A DNA stretch of 64,000 bases from Felis catus (lineage: Eukaryota), in assembly GCF_018350175.1 (NCBI RefSeq), contig NC_058369.1, positions 9,178,001 through 9,242,000 of the forward strand, written 5' to 3'. Under the pieces are notes generated by a model. That model was not told where the DNA came from and ran no database searches. It saw nothing but the letters and a program-made list of their open reading frames with translations. Each line of letters starts with the position of its first letter. Position 1 is the first letter of the stretch. Shown one piece after another: positions 59,201-64,000 of this stretch. The translations under genes and the position numbers were made by a program.

Positions 59201-61322
59201 CCCGGTCTGTTCAAGCCGTGCTGCTGCCCAGGAGTATTCGGCCACGTGGGTCAGTAACTGAGGATGATGATTCTGAAGCCACCATTTAATATTAGATTTT
59301 GTAACTCAGAGATTCATTAATATAATTACTCAGATGCCAGCCTGGCTTGGCAAGGTCTCTTGAATTGTGTTCCTCTCCGACAAAGCGCTCTGGCTGCAGG
59401 GATGCCCCTGGTGTGCCAGAGCCCCACTCACTGGTTTGCGGACTGTGGGCAGAGGCATGTGTTGGCCTCCTTGGCACACCCTCTCTGGGAGAGGCTGGGC
59501 GATCCCATGGTGGCAAGTCCTGCCTTGATGTGTCTCATTAGGAGACAGGCACCTCTGGAGAGTCTGCCGGCAGAAGTGAACAGTCAGCTGGGCGAGGCCC
59601 CATTTGAATGCAAGTTTGACCCGGGCTCGGCGGGTGGCCGGGTAATTTTGCTCCCCTGGGACACTTTGCGCTCATTTGGTAGGTTTTTCTCGCTAGGCTA
59701 GAATCTTGGAACTAGGACTGTGTTGTATCTGCCTTTGCATCGGTCTCTTGCCCAGTGTGTAGCTTTGTACAACCCCCAAACCCATTTTGAATATTGAATT
59801 ACCTTCAGACGGGAAGTAGCCGACTGCCTATCCTTGGGATGACACAAAGGCACCGAATGGCATACACATCAGAGAAGGGGCTGATGAACGAAAGGACTGA
59901 AGGCAGGGGAGAGTGGCCGGTGTGCTAAGCAGCCATCACGAGGGGAGAATTCTGACAGATGAGGAGTGGTAGAAGCTTCTGGAAGGGCAGCGGCAGGCAA
60001 GTGAGAAGCTGTGGGTTAGTGGGTTGAAAGGGGTTCGGTTTCTCAAAAAAATGTAAATTTTGTTTTGCTTTATGGCCACTGACATATCAAGAAGATAGGG
60101 AGAGAGCAGCTGTCTTCCTGGTCCCCTCCTTCCCCTGGCCCTTTGTTAGAGGGGCCCCTCGGGGTGGGCCACTGGCCCTGGTTCGGCCGGCCCGCGCTCT
60201 CTGGCCTTCCCTCTGTCTCTCTGGCTGGCCCTGCGGGACCAGCAGGGGCGACCCCCCCCCCCCTCCTGGCCTGGCGGCAAGCACGTGGTCCCCTGAGCCC
60301 GTGGCCTCTGCAGAGGCAGCCTGCGGGGCTGCCGAGCTCACCCGTGACAGGATCTCCTCCCGTGTCAGATCCTCTCCCCCCCCTGCTAACCTCGTAGATG
60401 CCCTGCAGCGTAGGCTGGGAGGCTGCGGGCCCGGAGCATCCGCTCCCGCTGGCGTGGAGCTCAGGCATCCGAAGTGTTTGCCTTTTGCTCTCCCCCTCGC
60501 CCCCCCCTCCTCTTGCTTCAGAAGCCCTGGGCTCCAGGCCCCTGTGTGGAGGCAGACTCGCGGCTGCTGTTCCAGCCCTGTCTTCGGGAAGACCCCTCTG
60601 GCCTTGGCCTCCCCGGCCGAAGATGACCGCCGTCCCCCGGCTGGTACCTGTGCTCCCGGCTCTGGTGGCTGGATTTGGTTCTTAACAATAAATTATTAAA
60701 GGAATGTGAACAGTCTCTCGCACAGTGGCACACGCACAGTCACCTTTCTGGGCCGGTCCCAGCGTCCCTTCCGCCGCTGCTGCCCCTTTGCTGGCCTCAG
60801 ACCTCAGAGTGGGTCCCATTCGTTTTCGGGGTAATTCCCAGCTCTTCCCTCTCCGCCCGAAGACTCTCCAGCCAGCTGCTTCCTCCTTTCCCTGAGCCTC
60901 TTTCCTCAGGCCCCACGCGCCTGCCCGATACATTCTAGGAGGCCCCTTTCCCCTCCAGAGTCCCCCTTGTCTAGTTGGAGGAGTGGCCCCCTGCCCGGTC
61001 TCGGGGGTGGGGCAGGTGGGAGTACGGCGTGCTGCGGTGTGGCAGCGGTTTGGGGGTGTCACACTCCTCCTTGCTCTGTGTCGTTTGGCCTAGTGTCCAC
61101 GTGAGCATGAAAGTTTCATGTGAACACCGATGGACCCGCAGTGCTGTGGTTTCCCTTTGCCTCCTTATGTTCTTCTACGATGTGGGGGGCGGTCACCTAC
61201 ATACAGTCTCTCATCCATCCGCTGCTTTAAAACATTTTCCCGATTCTAAGACTCGTGCACATTCATCATAAAAACACCACATAAGCACAAAGTCTAGAGG
61301 GGTCAACGATCATCAACATTCT

Positions 61323-61545
61323 GGGGCGCCTGGGTGGCTCGGTCGGTCAAGCGTCCGCCTTCGGCTCAGGTCATGATCTCGCGGGTCGTGGGTCCGAGCC
61401 CCGCGTCGGGCTCTGTGCTGACGGCTCAGAGCCTGGAGCCTGCTTCCGATTTTGTGTCTCCCTCCCTCTCTGCCCCTCCCCAACCAGCACTCTGTCTGTC
61501 TCTGTCTCTCAAAAAAGAAAATAATTTTAATTTTTTTCATCGTTT
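61323..61545 (+). mobile_element. Feline Can-SINE with TSD
   Basis: Full tRNA-like head; TSD ATCAACATTCT at 61312-61322 and 61548-61558. Confidence 0.93.
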
Positions 61546-61857
61546 TTATCAACATTCTGCCACTTAAATAGCCACTAGTAAGCTTTTGTTGTTATTTTTT
61601 GTACCTATTTGTGCACGTTTTATTTTTAAAAAAATTCTCGAGTTTATGCTACTAACACTTTTGGGTGCTACTTTTAAAATTTTAACACCTCTGTGTATTC
61701 AGCCGTATCACAATTTTTCAAAAACTAATTTTTGGTGGTTTAGCGTCTTTTCTTAGCTGCATTTCCCCTCATTTTCAACATTTCTAATGAGTTCTATCCT
61801 CTTTTCATTTTTGGAAATGAGAAATTACCTTTTATTATTAATGTAAGAGGTGCTTGG

Positions 61858-62542
61858 GTTTTTAAAAATTATTTATTTTGAGACAGAGAGAGAGAGAGAG
61901 AGAAAGAGAGAGCAGGTGTGTGCAGGGGAGGGGCAGAGAAAGGGAGAGACAGAATTCTAAGCAGGCTCTGCGCTGTCAGTGCAGAGCCCGATGTGGGGCT
62001 CGAACTCATGAACTGTGACATCATGACCTGAGCCAAGATCAAGAGTTGGATGCTGGGGCGCCTGGGTGGCTCAGTCAGTTAAGCGTCCGACTTCGGCTCA
62101 GGTCATGATCTCACGGTTCATGAGTTTGGGCCCTGCATCAGGCTCTGTGCTCGGAGCCTGGAGCCGGCTTCCGATTTTGTGTCTCCCTCTCTCTCTCTGC
62201 CCCTCCCCTGCTCATGCTCTGCCTGCCCCCCCCCCTCAAAAATAAATAAAAACAGGGGCGCCTGGGTGGCTCAGTCGGTTGAATGTCTGACTTCAGCTCA
62301 GGTCACGATGTCGCGGTCCGTGGGTTCGAGCCCCGCGTCGGGCTCTGGGCTGACGGCTCAGAGCCTGGAGCCTGCTTCCGATTCTGTGTCTCCCTCTCTC
62401 TCTGCCCCTCCCCCGTTCATGCTCTGTCTCTCTCTGTCTCAAAAATAAATAAATGTTAAAAAAAATTAAAAAAAATAATAAAAACATATATTTTTTTAAA
62501 AAAAGAACCAGATGCTTAACCGACTGAGCCACCCAGGTGCCC
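61858..62542. mobile_element. Nested Can-SINE cluster: a minus-strand SINE (61858-62054 + ~62508-62542) split by two tandem plus-strand SINEs (~62055-62252, ~62255-62505)
   Basis: The reverse SINE breaks at ...aagagttggatgct and resumes at gatgcttaaccgactgagccacccaggtgccc, with two GGGGCGCCTGGGTGGCTCAG heads in between. Confidence 0.9.
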
Positions 62543-62575
62543 TATTATTGGTGCTTGTTAAAAAAAAAAAATACA

Positions 62576-62675
62576 GGGGCCCCTGGTTGGCTCAGTCAGA
62601 AGAGCATGTGACTTTTGATGTTGGGGTCGTGGGTTCAAGCCCCGCGTGGGGTGTACAGATAACTTAAAAAAAATA
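62576..62675 (+). mobile_element. Short, older carnivore SINE
   Basis: ggggcccctggttggctcagtcagaagagcatgtgact...gggttcaagccc plus A tail. Confidence 0.85.
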
Positions 62676-63019
62676 CAAACATGCTTTTTAAACTGCTGCG
62701 TGAGACTTGAGCGGGCCAGAGTTGATGTAATCCCTCATCGGTGGAAGCCTTTACGGGGTACATCCTGCTGGGGTGGACATCCTGGTGCGGCAAACTTTGC
62801 AGCTCTGTGTATGAACTTCAGACAAGACTTCCTAGCAGTTGAATTACCAGGCAAGGGGTACAGACTCTTCTCCATGTGGATTGTTACATTGCTGTCTGGC
62901 AGTTTGGTTCCCACAGACGACACATGAGGACTTTGTTCATGCCACCCAGAGCCCCAGAAAGACACCACCATCATTTACACACATTACACGCCCATCCTGT
63001 ATATGTTACATGAGGGTGT

Positions 63020-63120
63020 CTTTTTTTTTTTAATTGATACAATCCACCCCATAGTGTGGGGCTCGAACTCACAACCCCAAGATCAAGAGTCGTGTCCTCT
63101 ACAGTGTCCGGGTGCCCCCA
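63020..63120 (-). mobile_element. Partial carnivore SINE
   Basis: poly-T, then gtggggctcgaactcacaaccccaagatcaagagtc...gggtgcccc. Confidence 0.75.
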
Positions 63121-63619
63121 GGATGCGCTTTGTATGAGCCCACCCTCCCGTCCCTGTCATAGACGTCTGTCTGTTGCGTCAGCTCACGTGTCCCCAGGAG
63201 ACATGGCGCTGTCATCCGCTGTAAGAGCTAATCTTGGACATCACCCCTGGACACCTCTGGGCTAGCACTGCTGGCAGGGGAGAGGTCCTCAGGGCCCTGG
63301 CATGACAGTGTCCGTTCCCTCGGGCCGGGAGCTGGCAGGGGAGCCCCGGGACCGCCTGGCAGTGAGCAGGTGCTGGACACAGCATCTGAAAGGCAGCAGC
63401 CCCCCCAGTGCCACGGGCGGAGGCGCGGGCCCACGGTGGCCACTGGCAAGCGCCTCGAGAGCTCCCGAGGAAGCAGCCGCTGCTGACCCCCGAGGCCAGC
63501 CCGGCCGTCTGCCGCCAGCACCCTGGGCCTGCCTGGGGAGGTGCATTCCTCCTGTGCCTGGAGGGGAGGCTAAGGGAGGGCGAATCCCTCACTCTGGGCC
63601 GTGGACGCTGTCTTCACTA

Positions 63620-63626
63620 ACACACA

Positions 63627-63673
<47 letters not shown>
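63620..63673 (+). repeat. (CA)n microsatellite
   Basis: Seen directly in the sequence. Confidence 0.92.
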
Positions 63674-63676
<3 letters not shown>

Positions 63677-64000
63677 CGTGCATCCTATGCCCCAGAGATG
63701 GCATCCCCCAGGGCCACACAGCCCCCGTGCCCTACCCCGGAGCCAGGACCGTCTCCTCCCCCAGGTGTCTGGGCACGCGTGCGTGAGCTGCTCTCCTCAG
63801 GCTCTGTCCCCACCGGCACCTGCCCCGTGCCCCTGCCTCTGCGTGTGCACGCGCGGGTGTCCGTTCGCCTTGAACCCGGGCCTTGTGTCACTCTCTCCCT
63901 CTCTGGCCCGTTGAGGCTGCAGGGTCTCAGACCCCCGGCGACTCTCGTCCCCCACCCTTCTGCTCGGTGCGCCGTCTCGCCCGGAACTGGACCGTCCCCA

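Overview
Mammalian genomic DNA, GC-rich, almost certainly from a felid (the young SINEs are of the feline Can-SINE/SINEC_Fc type). It holds the complete two-exon coding region of DAND5 (Cerl2/Coco; DAN-family cystine-knot Nodal/BMP/Wnt antagonist; + strand, 1424-1750 joined to 4479-4724, 190 aa). It also holds the 5' part of NFIX on the + strand: a CpG-island exon 1 (MYSPYCLTQ, 16404-16430), a 28-kb intron 1, a second promoter region with three more candidate N-termini (ATG-only exon at 43465, [17 protein letters not shown] at 44073, MLPACRLQ at 44470), the 532-nt DNA-binding-domain exon 2 (44494-45025), and the start of intron 2, which runs off the window. The rest is SINE/MIR/L2/L1/hAT relics, many microsatellites and candidate cis-regulatory modules. 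I see no evidence for a new gene or an unknown system; the other long ORFs look like GC or repeat artefacts. The best leads are regulatory: GAC motifs on predicted hairpins in the DAND5 3'UTR, a motif-dense CpG module between the genes, an in-frame minimal uORF in the NFIX leader, complementary microsatellites around the circularising exon 2, and a ~43-kb zone free of young SINEs. Repeat family names, repeat boundaries and motif calls are by eye and need software confirmation.
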